Below are positions 56,472 through 64,000 of a DNA stretch of 64,000 nt, piece by piece. Position numbers and translations under genes: made by a program. A model generated the notes under the pieces. It ran no database searches. It was not told where the DNA came from and worked only from the letters and a program-made list of their open reading frames with translations. The stretch lies in contig OZ257154.1 in the NCBI GenBank assembly GCA_965279325.1, positions 4,865,340-4,929,339 of the forward strand, read 5' to 3'. Position 1 is the first letter of the stretch. Every line of letters begins with the position of its first letter. The stretch is from Burkholderiales bacterium (GTDB lineage: Bacteria; Pseudomonadota; Gammaproteobacteria; Burkholderiales; Ga0077523).

Positions 56472-58186
56472 GCAGCAACCGATACGGTCTTCGTTTTTAC
56501 GCCCTGGTCGGCGGCTTCTTCTGCATCACGCTGGCCGCGTTCGTCCAGGGCGTTCTTCCCATGCTCGAGCCGCAGTCGCGCACGACCAAGGTCACGAAGG
56601 TCGTCCGCAACGACCTGGGCGAGCTGAAGTGGATGGAGCATCAGGCGAGCGACTACACGGCGCTCGAGCAGCGCGGCCGTCACGTCTACACGCGCGAAGG
56701 CTGCTGGTATTGCCACTCGCAGTACGTGCGGCCGGTGACGGGCGAGACGCGGCGCTGGGGGCCGGTGACGCAGGCGGGCGAGTACGCCTTCGACATGCCC
56801 CACCTGTTCTCCACGCGGCGCATCGGTCCCGACCTGTCGCGCGTCGGGCTCAAGTACAGCGATGCCTGGCACCTCGCGCACTTCTGGAATCCGCGCATGC
56901 TCTCGCCGGACTCGATCATGCCGCGCTTCCGGGCGCTGTTCGAAGGACCCTACCAGGCGAAGGTCGCGAAGGATGCGAGCGGCAACGTCACGCTGGAGCA
57001 GACACCGGCCACGCAGAAGCTGTTCGACTTCAAGAGCGACAAGCAGATCCTCCTCACGCCCAATGCCGACGGCCTGCTGTTCGTGCCGGAGCGCGGCCGG
57101 TATCCGGTCATCTTCACGCCGAACAAGGAATTCACCGGCGACACGGTGACCCTGGTGGCCGACAGCGAGGACCTGAAGGCGGTGATCGCCTATCTGCAGA
57201 AGCTCGGCACCAACCGGGGCAAGTGGCGTGATCGCTTCGAGCCGCAGTTGATGGAGGCGTCCCAGGTCACGGTACCGCGCTCGGAAGAATGGACCGCCTA
57301 CGGCAAGAATGTCTACGAGCGCCGCTGTCTCGGTTGCCACGGCGTGAACGGCGACGGCAACGGCCCGGCGGCCGCCTTCATGCAGCACGACCGGCCGCGC
57401 AATTTCAGCCTCGGCGTATTCAAGTTCCGGCTCACCCCTTCGGGCTCGCTGCCCGATGACGGCGACCTGCTGCGCACCATCACGCGCGGCGTGCGCGGCA
57501 CCTCGATGCCCACGTGGCACGAACTCCAGGAGAAGGACCGGCTCGCGGTGATCCAGTACATCAAGTATCACCTCGCTGCCGATCGCAGCGATGCGAGCAA
57601 GCCGTACCTGTATTTCGTGGAGGAGCCGGCGAAGGCACCGATCTTCATCGGCCAGCCGCCCAAGCCGTCGATGGAACTGGTGAAGCGCGGCCACGACGTA
57701 TGGAAGGACGCCAAGTGCTGGGAGTGCCATGGCGACGGCGGCAAGGGCGACGGCCAGAAAGCGGCGGGGCTCAAGGACGATCTCGGTTTCCCGATTCCGC
57801 CTGCCAATCTGACCACCGGGCAATTCAAGTCCGGCGCGAGCGTGAAGGACATCTTCCGCACCATGTCGACCGGATTGTCCGGGACGCCGATGCCCTCGTT
57901 CAGCGATTCACTGTCGGAGGCCGATCGATGGGCTCTGTCCTACTACGTGCTGTCGTTGTCGGCGTTTACCGATCCGCTGACCGGCGAGAAGATGCAGATC
58001 TCCGACAAGGATCGTGCGGCGCTCAACGATCCGGCCGTGACGGCAGCGGAGTCCCACTACGCCTACAAGTCGCAGACGGAGGTGCCGCCCACGCTGTTCG
58101 CGGGTGCGGCCTGGGCCCGCAAGCACGGCTTCGATTTTGCCGTGGCTCGGCCGTTGGCGGATGTCACGGATCCACGTCCAAGATAG
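56468..58186 (+). CDS. ccoO: CcoO (monohaem subunit II) fused to a C-terminal dihaem cytochrome c domain
   Basis: N-terminal TM segment, then GCWYCHSQYVRP...RRIGPDLSRVG...WHLAHFWNPR...SIMP...AVIAYLQKLG (CcoO). Two further CXXCH motifs follow (CLGCH 287-291, CWECH 417-421). 572 aa; ATGA overlap with ccoN. Confidence 0.85.
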   Translation: MSSNRYGLRFYALVGGFFCITLAAFVQGVLPMLEPQSRTTKVTKVVRNDLGELKWMEHQASDYTALEQRGRHVYTREGCWYCHSQYVRPVTGETRRWGPVTQAGEYAFDMPHLFSTRRIGPDLSRVGLKYSDAWHLAHFWNPRMLSPDSIMPRFRALFEGPYQAKVAKDASGNVTLEQTPATQKLFDFKSDKQILLTPNADGLLFVPERGRYPVIFTPNKEFTGDTVTLVADSEDLKAVIAYLQKLGTNRGKWRDRFEPQLMEASQVTVPRSEEWTAYGKNVYERRCLGCHGVNGDGNGPAAAFMQHDRPRNFSLGVFKFRLTPSGSLPDDGDLLRTITRGVRGTSMPTWHELQEKDRLAVIQYIKYHLAADRSDASKPYLYFVEEPAKAPIFIGQPPKPSMELVKRGHDVWKDAKCWECHGDGGKGDGQKAAGLKDDLGFPIPPANLTTGQFKSGASVKDIFRTMSTGLSGTPMPSFSDSLSEADRWALSYYVLSLSAFTDPLTGEKMQISDKDRAALNDPAVTAAESHYAYKSQTEVPPTLFAGAAWARKHGFDFAVARPLADVTDPRPR

Positions 58187-58195
58187 GGAGCAGCG

Positions 58196-58351
58196 ATGGC
58201 GGAACTCACCCTGATCCAGTTCTTCGTAGCCCTGTGCATGGGCCTGGGCGCGGTGTGCCTGTTCATCTGGGGCGTGCTGTCCGGTTCGTTCAACGATGTC
58301 GAGGCCATCAAGTTGAGAGCCTATCGCACGGAGGTCAACGAGGATGAGTGA
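58196..58351 (+). CDS. ccoS: CcoS/FixS-like cbb3 oxidase maturation protein (51 aa; not in the ORF track)
   Basis: Hand translation gives MAELTLIQFFVALCMGLGAVCLFIWGVLSGSFNDVEAIKLRAYRTEVNEDE. One TM helix followed by W..SG.F.D.E, as in CcoS. An AGGGAG Shine-Dalgarno lies upstream. Confidence 0.65.
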   Translation: MAELTLIQFFVALCMGLGAVCLFIWGVLSGSFNDVEAIKLRAYRTEVNEDE

Positions 58352-58553
58352 CGACACGCACCAGGCAGGGAGCCCTGGCCACGAGGACATTCCTCACCAT
58401 CAGCAGGTCGAGAGCTACGGCGGCGGAGACGTGCAGGCGCGCCACGGGCGCATCAACGGCTGGCTGCTCGTGGTCTACGCGATCATGTGGGTGTGGGCGC
58501 TCTACTACGGCATCACCTACTGGGGCGGGCTCGGGCCCGGGCTCGATTTCTAG
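58344..58553 (+). CDS. Small single-pass membrane protein (69 aa)
   Basis: His-rich N-terminus (HQAGSPGHEDIPHHQQ), then the TM helix INGWLLVVYAIMWVWALYYGITYW. The ATG overlaps the ccoS-like stop region. Confidence 0.5.
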   Translation: MSDDTHQAGSPGHEDIPHHQQVESYGGGDVQARHGRINGWLLVVYAIMWVWALYYGITYWGGLGPGLDF

Positions 58554-58574
58554 CCGGCGAGGAGGGCGAAGACG

Positions 58575-58682
58575 ATGGAAAACCACATGGGAGCCAAGGT
58601 CGTGCTGGCGATCGCGATCGTGAACCTGATCTTCCTGTTCAGCGAGCTGGCGCTCAACGTGTTCGGCGTGGCGTTGTCGTAG
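58575..58682 (+). CDS. Tiny hydrophobic ORF (35 aa; not in the ORF track)
   Basis: Hand translation gives MENHMGAKVVLAIAIVNLIFLFSELALNVFGVALS. A GAGGAGGG Shine-Dalgarno lies 6-8 nt upstream. Confidence 0.45.
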   Translation: MENHMGAKVVLAIAIVNLIFLFSELALNVFGVALS

Positions 58683-58707
58683 GAAGCGGCGTTCGAGAGG
58701 GGAAATC

Positions 58708-58800
58708 ATGACCACGTCTGAAAGCATCGCGTTCTGGATCTTCGTCGTCATGACGATGACGTTCTTCCTCTGGGTCTGCTACCTCGCGTTCAGGAAGTAG
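58708..58800 (+). CDS. Tiny hydrophobic ORF (30 aa), CcoQ-like in shape (not in the ORF track)
   Basis: Hand translation gives MTTSESIAFWIFVVMTMTFFLWVCYLAFRK. A GAGAGGGG Shine-Dalgarno lies upstream. Single TM helix ending in a W..Y..(R/K)K-like tail. Confidence 0.45.
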   Translation: MTTSESIAFWIFVVMTMTFFLWVCYLAFRK

Positions 58801-58828
58801 CGCGGCACCGGTACCCGGGAAGGCAAAC

Positions 58829-59575
58829 GTGCTCCAGTACCTGCTGGTGTTTCTCGCGGGCCTGGCGGGGAGCGTCCACTGTATCGGCATGTGCGGTGGC
58901 TTCGCCTGCGCGCTGGGCAGCGACCCGCGCGGCGCCGCCGCCAGTCTGCGCCGCCACCTGATCTACAACTTCGGCCGGGCCACGACCTACTGCTTCATCG
59001 GTGCGATCGTGGGATTCCTGGGATTGCTGCTGGTGGGTCACCAGGGCGAGAACACGACGGCGAGCCTGGCGCAACGTCTCCTGGCACTGATCTCCGGCCT
59101 GCTCATCATCTTCGTGGGCTTGCAGTTTCTCGGGGTTTCATTCGCGAGGCGGTGGCGGCTCGGCGACGCCGGCGCGCTGCGAATCACCAGCGCGCTATCC
59201 CGTTTGCTCAAAGCGCCCGGCAGCGGTGCGCCACTCGTGCTCGGCGTGCTCAATGGCTTCCTGCCCTGTCCGCTCGTGTACGCCTTTGCCGCGCAGGCGG
59301 CCGGCACGGGCGGCCCGCTGCCGGGTTTTCTCACCATGGCGGCGTTCAGCCTGGGGACCTTCCCCGCGATGCTCGCGATGGGTGGGGCGGGCCTCTGGAT
59401 GCGTTCCCGAAGCGCAACCGCCGTTTCCGTCCGTGCGCGAGGTGGCACCGTGTTGCTGCGGGCTGATCGTCGCCAACAGATCCTCCGCGTTGCCGGCGGT
59501 CTCATCATCGTGCTCGGCCTCGTCACGGTCGGTCGCGGCCTGATGCCCATGAGCGCCCATCTGCACGGGCCATGA
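58829..59575 (+). CDS. HCxxMCGG membrane protein (TauE/SafE- or DsbD_2-like), commonly linked to cbb3 or metal maturation
   Basis: GSVHCIGMCGGFACALG near the N-terminus, six hydrophobic helices, LNGFLPCPLVYAF. GTG start; ATGA overlap with the ATPase gene. Confidence 0.7.
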   Translation: MLQYLLVFLAGLAGSVHCIGMCGGFACALGSDPRGAAASLRRHLIYNFGRATTYCFIGAIVGFLGLLLVGHQGENTTASLAQRLLALISGLLIIFVGLQFLGVSFARRWRLGDAGALRITSALSRLLKAPGSGAPLVLGVLNGFLPCPLVYAFAAQAAGTGGPLPGFLTMAAFSLGTFPAMLAMGGAGLWMRSRSATAVSVRARGGTVLLRADRRQQILRVAGGLIIVLGLVTVGRGLMPMSAHLHGP

Positions 59576-61683
59576 GCGAAACCTGCAGCCATTGCCTGCT
59601 GCCGCTCGGTCGTCTGGCGCAACGCCGGGAGGTCAGCGGCGAGCCGTACCAGTTCTGCTGCTACGGCTGTTGCCTCGCCTACCAGGTGCACCACGGCGAA
59701 CGGGACGAGCCAGAAGCAGCGGCGCTGTTGATTCGACTGGGCGCGGGTGCGTTCCTGGCCATGAACATCATGCTGTTCAGCGTGCTGCTGTACTCCGGCA
59801 CTTTCGGTCCGGGTGACGGTCTGGCCGTTCGGATGGTGCATTGGCTGCTGTGGATCCTGGCCACTCCGCTGGTCGTCGTGCTGGGCGGTCCGTTCCTCGC
59901 TGGTGCGTGGCTGGCGGCCCGGCAGCGTCAGGTGGGCACCGACACCCTGGTCAGTGTTGCCGTACTGGCGGCCTATGGCTACTCGGCCTGGCAGGTCGTC
60001 TCCGGCGCCTCGGCGGTGTACTTCGATACCGTCACCATGGTGCTCGTCCTTTTCGTGCTCGGACGTTATCTGGAGGCGCGCGCGCGGGTGCAGGCTGCAC
60101 GCAGCCTCGCGCCGATGCTCGCAGCCGAACGCGCGCAGGTACGCGTGGTCGAGGACGGCGTCGAGACCCAGCGGCAGGTCACCGGTGTCCCGGCGGGTGC
60201 CGTGGTTCGCATCCTTCCCGGCGAGCGTATCCCCGTGGACGGCGTGGTGCTGGAGGGTCGTTCCGAGTGCGACGAAGCCATCCTCACGGGTCAGGCCGAG
60301 CGCGAGCCCAAGATGCCATCTGCGCGTGTCCACGCAGGCAGCATCAACGGGGCGGGGCAGTTGGTGGTGCGCGCTACGGTCGCAGGCTCGGCCACGCGCT
60401 GGATCCGGATCAGCCGGCAGGTGCAACAGGCGCTGGCGCGCAAATCGGCGCTCGGCAACGCGGTGGATCGCCTGGCGGCGACCTTTCTTCCGCTGGTGCT
60501 GCTGGTCGCGATCGGGACGGTGGCGTTCTGGAGCATGACAGTGCCCCTGGATCAGGCGCTGCTCATCGGGTTGGCGGTGCTGGTGGTCGCGTGTCCCTGT
60601 TCGCTCGGGCTGGCGGCGTCCCTGGCCACCACGCTGGCCATCGCGCAGGCAGCCCAGCGCGGCATCCTGGTGCGAGGCGGCGGCGTCCTGGAGCGACTGG
60701 CGCTAGTGCGGGCGGTCGCTTTCGACAAGACCGGGACCCTGACCCAGGGGCGACCGCAGGTGACCGCTGTTGCGCTCGATGCAGCGACCGAACGCGTGGC
60801 ACTGGCCCGTGCTTCAGCGCTGGCGATGACTTCCGATCACCCGCTGTCGAAAGCGATCGCCCGGTTCTGCCATGACAGTGGTGCAGACACGGTTCCCGCA
60901 TCGGGAGCAACGACACTCCCTGGTGCCGGTGTTGGCGGAACGGTGGACGGCGAGCCCCTGGTGCTGGGGTCCGCTGCGTTCATGGCCGCGCAAGGCCTGG
61001 AATTGCCCCGCGCATGGAGGACACCCGGCGACGGCACGGACACGCACGTATTCCTCGCGTGGGCCGGCAAGGTCCGTGCACGGTTCAGTCTCGCCGACCA
61101 GCCCATTCCCGAAGCGAGTGGCGTGACGGCGACCCTGGGCAAGCGTGGAATGCATCTGATCGTCCTGAGCGGCGATCGCGAGGCCGCGGTGGCGAGTACG
61201 GCGCGAGCGCTGGGCATTCCCGACTGGCGCTCGGGGCTCCTGCCCGAGGCGAAGGTGGCGGCCATCGCGGCACTGACCGAACATCATGGTCCCGTCGCGA
61301 TGGTGGGCGACGGGCTGAACGACGGCCCGGTGCTGGCCGCCGCATCGGTGGGTATCGCAGTAGGTGGCGCCGCCGACCTGGCGCGCGAGAGCGCGGACAT
61401 CGTCCTGCCGGAGCGGGCGCTCGAAAGTCTGCCCTGGGTGCTGGATCTGGCGGCGCGGGCGCGCCGATCCGTACTGGCCAACATCGCCTGGGCGCTCGGG
61501 TACAACTCGATCGCACTGACGCTGGCCGTTGCGGGGGTGTTGCAACCAGTCATCGCGGCAGCCCTCATGGCGGGTTCCAGCCTGCTGGTCGTAGCGAGGT
61601 CGTTGCGCTCCAATCGCGCCGGGGCCGATCGCTCCACTGCAGGCAATTCGCTCGGCATGGTTGCGGTGCCGGCGCGGCCCTGA
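59572..61683 (+). CDS. ccoI: Copper-translocating P1B-type ATPase, CcoI/FixI-like
   Basis: N-terminal Cys-rich domain CSHC...FCCYGCCLAY, TM CPC motif (VVACPCSLGLA), DKTGTLT, GDGLNDGP. Confidence 0.85.
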   Translation: MSETCSHCLLPLGRLAQRREVSGEPYQFCCYGCCLAYQVHHGERDEPEAAALLIRLGAGAFLAMNIMLFSVLLYSGTFGPGDGLAVRMVHWLLWILATPLVVVLGGPFLAGAWLAARQRQVGTDTLVSVAVLAAYGYSAWQVVSGASAVYFDTVTMVLVLFVLGRYLEARARVQAARSLAPMLAAERAQVRVVEDGVETQRQVTGVPAGAVVRILPGERIPVDGVVLEGRSECDEAILTGQAEREPKMPSARVHAGSINGAGQLVVRATVAGSATRWIRISRQVQQALARKSALGNAVDRLAATFLPLVLLVAIGTVAFWSMTVPLDQALLIGLAVLVVACPCSLGLAASLATTLAIAQAAQRGILVRGGGVLERLALVRAVAFDKTGTLTQGRPQVTAVALDAATERVALARASALAMTSDHPLSKAIARFCHDSGADTVPASGATTLPGAGVGGTVDGEPLVLGSAAFMAAQGLELPRAWRTPGDGTDTHVFLAWAGKVRARFSLADQPIPEASGVTATLGKRGMHLIVLSGDREAAVASTARALGIPDWRSGLLPEAKVAAIAALTEHHGPVAMVGDGLNDGPVLAAASVGIAVGGAADLARESADIVLPERALESLPWVLDLAARARRSVLANIAWALGYNSIALTLAVAGVLQPVIAAALMAGSSLLVVARSLRSNRAGADRSTAGNSLGMVAVPARP

Positions 61684-61686
61684 GCC

Positions 61687-62274
61687 ATGACAAGAAGCAG
61701 ATTCGCGGTGCTGGCCCTGCTGTTCTTCGGTCTGGTTTCGACCGTATCCGCCGACACACGCAGTCCACAGCGCGTGACGCGCGTCAACGGCGGCTGGCCG
61801 CTCGACGCCTTCAAGCTGGTTGACCAGAACGGCCGGAAGTTCACGCACGAGCAGCTTCGGGGGCAGTGGACCCTGGTGCTCATGGGCGATACCCGCTGCG
61901 GTGAACGCTGCGCGGCACCGTTGTCTGCGCTCACGGGCATGTACGAGCGGATCGCGCGCACGCAGAAGCTGCAGACCACGCAGGTGCTGTTCGTTTCCGT
62001 TGCCGGCGACTCGCCGGAGCAACTACGGCAATACCTCGCGCCGTTCGATCAGCACTTCCTCGGCGTTACCGGCACGCCGAAGACCCTGACGAAGCTGGCG
62101 GAAGACCTGGGGATCAGCGAATCGCTACCCGCTTCGCTCGTCCTGCCGAACGGCGACTACCCCGGCGTGCTGTCGGTGGTGGATCCCGAAGGTGTCGTGT
62201 GGGGCCAGTACCTGCCGCCGTTCGATGTAAAGCTCCTTACCGCCCGGTACTTGAAGACGCGCGTCGGACGGTAG
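61687..62274 (+). CDS. SCO1/SenC-family copper chaperone
   Basis: Signal/anchor MTRSRFAVLALLFFGLVS. Thioredoxin-like fold with the CxxxC motif TRCGERC. Starts 3 nt after the ATPase stop. Confidence 0.8.
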   Translation: MTRSRFAVLALLFFGLVSTVSADTRSPQRVTRVNGGWPLDAFKLVDQNGRKFTHEQLRGQWTLVLMGDTRCGERCAAPLSALTGMYERIARTQKLQTTQVLFVSVAGDSPEQLRQYLAPFDQHFLGVTGTPKTLTKLAEDLGISESLPASLVLPNGDYPGVLSVVDPEGVVWGQYLPPFDVKLLTARYLKTRVGR

Positions 62275-62324
62275 CTGTCGGGAACGCAGGAAGACGTAGC
62301 GGGCGTGCATCGAGGCTGCGTCGA

Positions 62325-63320
62325 TCACTTCGACTGCGCGGCCTCGTCCCTCGCGCCCTGAACGAACTTCACCACGTCCTCGGCGATACGCTTCGTCGCT
62401 CCCGGCGAGAGGATGTCCCCGGCCAGCACGTGCTGCATGGGGTCTTCCGCGTAGTCGACCACCACGAGCTGCTTGCGGGGTGCCCCGATCTGCGAGAAGC
62501 GTCGTTCGATCGCCTTCGGATCCACCAGCTGGTCGCCGTGCGCATAGAAAGCGAGAGTGGGCGTTTTCACGGTCCGTAGATCGAGAGCATCGAGCATCGC
62601 GATGCTCTGCATCATCGGAATCAGCGCACGCACGGGATAGCGCATGGTCCAGTGTTCCGCCTGCCGTGCATTGGTCGCTTCCCAGGTGCGGTAGTCGCCG
62701 ACGATCAGCCTGGCGATCTGTTCGCCCCAGGGCCAGAGGATGATCGGTGCGTTCCACTGCCGCACGCCGAAGTTGGGTGACAGGAGCACGAGCGCGTGCA
62801 TGTCCTTCGCTTCCGGGCGCGCCGCGAGCAGGGTCGCGAGGCCTCCACCTGTCGAGGTCCCCATGACGATGACGCGATCGCCGAGCCGCTGGCCGATGGT
62901 GTAGGCCTCGAGGACGTCGTTGAGCCAGGCGCTCAGCGTGGCCTCGCCCATCGCGTCGTCGCTGCGGCCATGGCCGGCCAGGCGGGTGAAGAAGAGGTTC
63001 GCGCCGAGCTTTTTCGCGACCGTTTCTTCCAGTGGACTCGTTTCCATCCTCGTGGCCGAAAAGCCATGGATGTAGACGATTGCATAGCGGGTGCGCGCTT
63101 TCGAGGCCCGGTTGGCCCAGACGATGCGCTTGCCGGCGTCGCGCCGCAGATCCGTGTAGCGGGATTCGGATTGCGCGATCCACGCATCCAGGTCGGCCGG
63201 CAACACCACGGGATCGATCCGGATGTCGACACGCGCCCGGGGGCCGAGCGTGAAGGCCAGCGCCATGGCGAGCAGGACCCCGGCGATCCACCACTCGATT
63301 CTCTTGATTCTCGTGCTCAT
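62325..63320 (-). CDS. Alpha/beta hydrolase (lysophospholipase / S33-like), membrane-anchored
   Basis: N-terminal TM segment (WWIAGVLLAMALAF), HGFSATR, nucleophile elbow GTSTGG, and a C-terminal Asp/His region (HGDQLVD, MQHVL). Confidence 0.75.
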   Translation of the reverse strand: MSTRIKRIEWWIAGVLLAMALAFTLGPRARVDIRIDPVVLPADLDAWIAQSESRYTDLRRDAGKRIVWANRASKARTRYAIVYIHGFSATRMETSPLEETVAKKLGANLFFTRLAGHGRSDDAMGEATLSAWLNDVLEAYTIGQRLGDRVIVMGTSTGGGLATLLAARPEAKDMHALVLLSPNFGVRQWNAPIILWPWGEQIARLIVGDYRTWEATNARQAEHWTMRYPVRALIPMMQSIAMLDALDLRTVKTPTLAFYAHGDQLVDPKAIERRFSQIGAPRKQLVVVDYAEDPMQHVLAGDILSPGATKRIAEDVVKFVQGARDEAAQSK

Positions 63321-64000
63321 GCCTTCGCACCCGTCCGTGCGGGGCGCAGGCTCATGCCCACGGCCACCAGCATCAACGCCGCGCCGAGAAACTCGAGCGC
63401 GGTGTAGCGCTCTCCTGCGAGCGCGATGCCGACGCCCACGGCGATGATCGGCGACACGAACGCGTAGGTGCCGGCGCGATACGGGCCCCAGTCGCGCAGC
63501 AGGCGCAGGAAGACGGTGAACGCGACCAGCGAGGCGAACAGGATCAGGAAGGCCAGGCTCGCGAGGACCGGTGGCTCGGCAAGCCGGCGGACGGCGTCGG
63601 CATCTACCTGCTCGAACGCGAGCGACAACACGGCCAGACCCGCGCCGCCGATGACGTTGTGCACGGCGGCGAGCGACAGGGCGGGTACTCGATCCAGCAA
63701 CGGCCGGCTCAGGACCGACCCGAGACAGTACGAGAAGGTCGCGGCGATGACGGCGAGCGAGCCCGCCACCGCCATCGGCGAGGGTTCGATCGACAATCGC
63801 GCGCGCATCAGCACCAGCAGGCCGACCACGCCCAGCGCCAGTGCCGCGGCGCGCGCCCGGGTGAAGCGCTCCAGGCCGAAGAAGATGCCCAGTACGAACA
63901 GCGTGATCGGGATCAGCGAAAGATTCACCACGCCCGCGAATCCGGAAGGCACGTACTGCATGCCCCAGAACAAGGTGGCGTAGCAGCCGGTGTTGATCAG
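63317..64000 (-). CDS. DMT-superfamily (EamA) transporter, N-terminus outside the window
   Basis: Hydrophobic multi-helix product (FAGVVNLSLIPITLFVLGIFFGLERF...). The frame stays open to position 64000. The stop overlaps the hydrolase ATG (ATGA). Confidence 0.75.
   Translation of the reverse strand: MINTGCYATLFWGMQYVPSGFAGVVNLSLIPITLFVLGIFFGLERFTRARAAALALGVVGLLVLMRARLSIEPSPMAVAGSLAVIAATFSYCLGSVLSRPLLDRVPALSLAAVHNVIGGAGLAVLSLAFEQVDADAVRRLAEPPVLASLAFLILFASLVAFTVFLRLLRDWGPYRAGTYAFVSPIIAVGVGIALAGERYTALEFLGAALMLVAVGMSLRPARTGAKA

Noticed and set aside
52144-62324. The oxidase locus as a horizontally acquired genomic island.
   Set aside because: No integrase, transposase, flanking tRNA or direct repeats were seen. 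Apart from the upstream intergenic region, composition and codon style look like the rest of the window. A computed GC/codon analysis and comparative genomics would be needed to revisit this.

Overview
This is a high-GC proteobacterial chromosomal window; G+C looks like roughly two-thirds by eye and was not computed. The gene content (a Bug/TctC-type binding protein, a phasin, GC-rich nested-hairpin REP-like elements) fits a Burkholderiales-like Betaproteobacterium best. That placement is inference and needs a database search. I can support about 60 protein-coding genes. They are tightly packed, with many 4-nt ATGA stop/start overlaps (2534, 6111-6114, 11279-11282, 16341-16344, 46367-46370, 47023-47026, 56468-56471, 59572-59575, 63317-63320). 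I saw no rRNA, tRNA, CRISPR array, transposase or integrase. Most long ORFs in the six-frame track are antisense or off-frame shadows typical of high-GC DNA. Housekeeping anchors are gluQ, proS, rppH, glpK, an EF-G II-type paralogue, selO, parE/parC and oxyR. Accessory content includes a secreted RNase Sa-type ribonuclease with its barstar inhibitor, two tandem FkbM-type methyltransferase paralogues, a Co-type nitrile hydratase operon, a cupin/Bug/CoA-transferase/acyl-CoA dehydrogenase operon and a 1222-aa AsmA-like protein. The best candidate for something new is the co-directional locus at about 52.5-62.3 kb. It is a divergent cbb3-type haem-copper oxidase set: CcoN, CcoO fused to a dihaem cytochrome c domain, CcoS, three tiny unannotated membrane ORFs, an HCxxMCGG membrane protein, a CcoI-type ATPase and an SCO chaperone. 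It is preceded by an unexplained periplasmic trio: a cupredoxin-like protein with an amicyanin-type C-x2-H-x2-M site, a Tat-exported metallophosphoesterase, and a monohaem cytochrome c with a candidate cysteine axial ligand. Secondary candidates are (a) a five-gene operon (MtnK/APH-like kinase, VOC, an enolase paralogue with two changed catalytic-site residues, DMT transporter, thioesterase); (b) an orphan intrinsic terminator implying an unannotated leader or small RNA upstream of two small unknown proteins; (c) a mirrored 3x/3x CACAGAGG array between parE and parC. All functional calls rest on motif recognition by eye, without searches.
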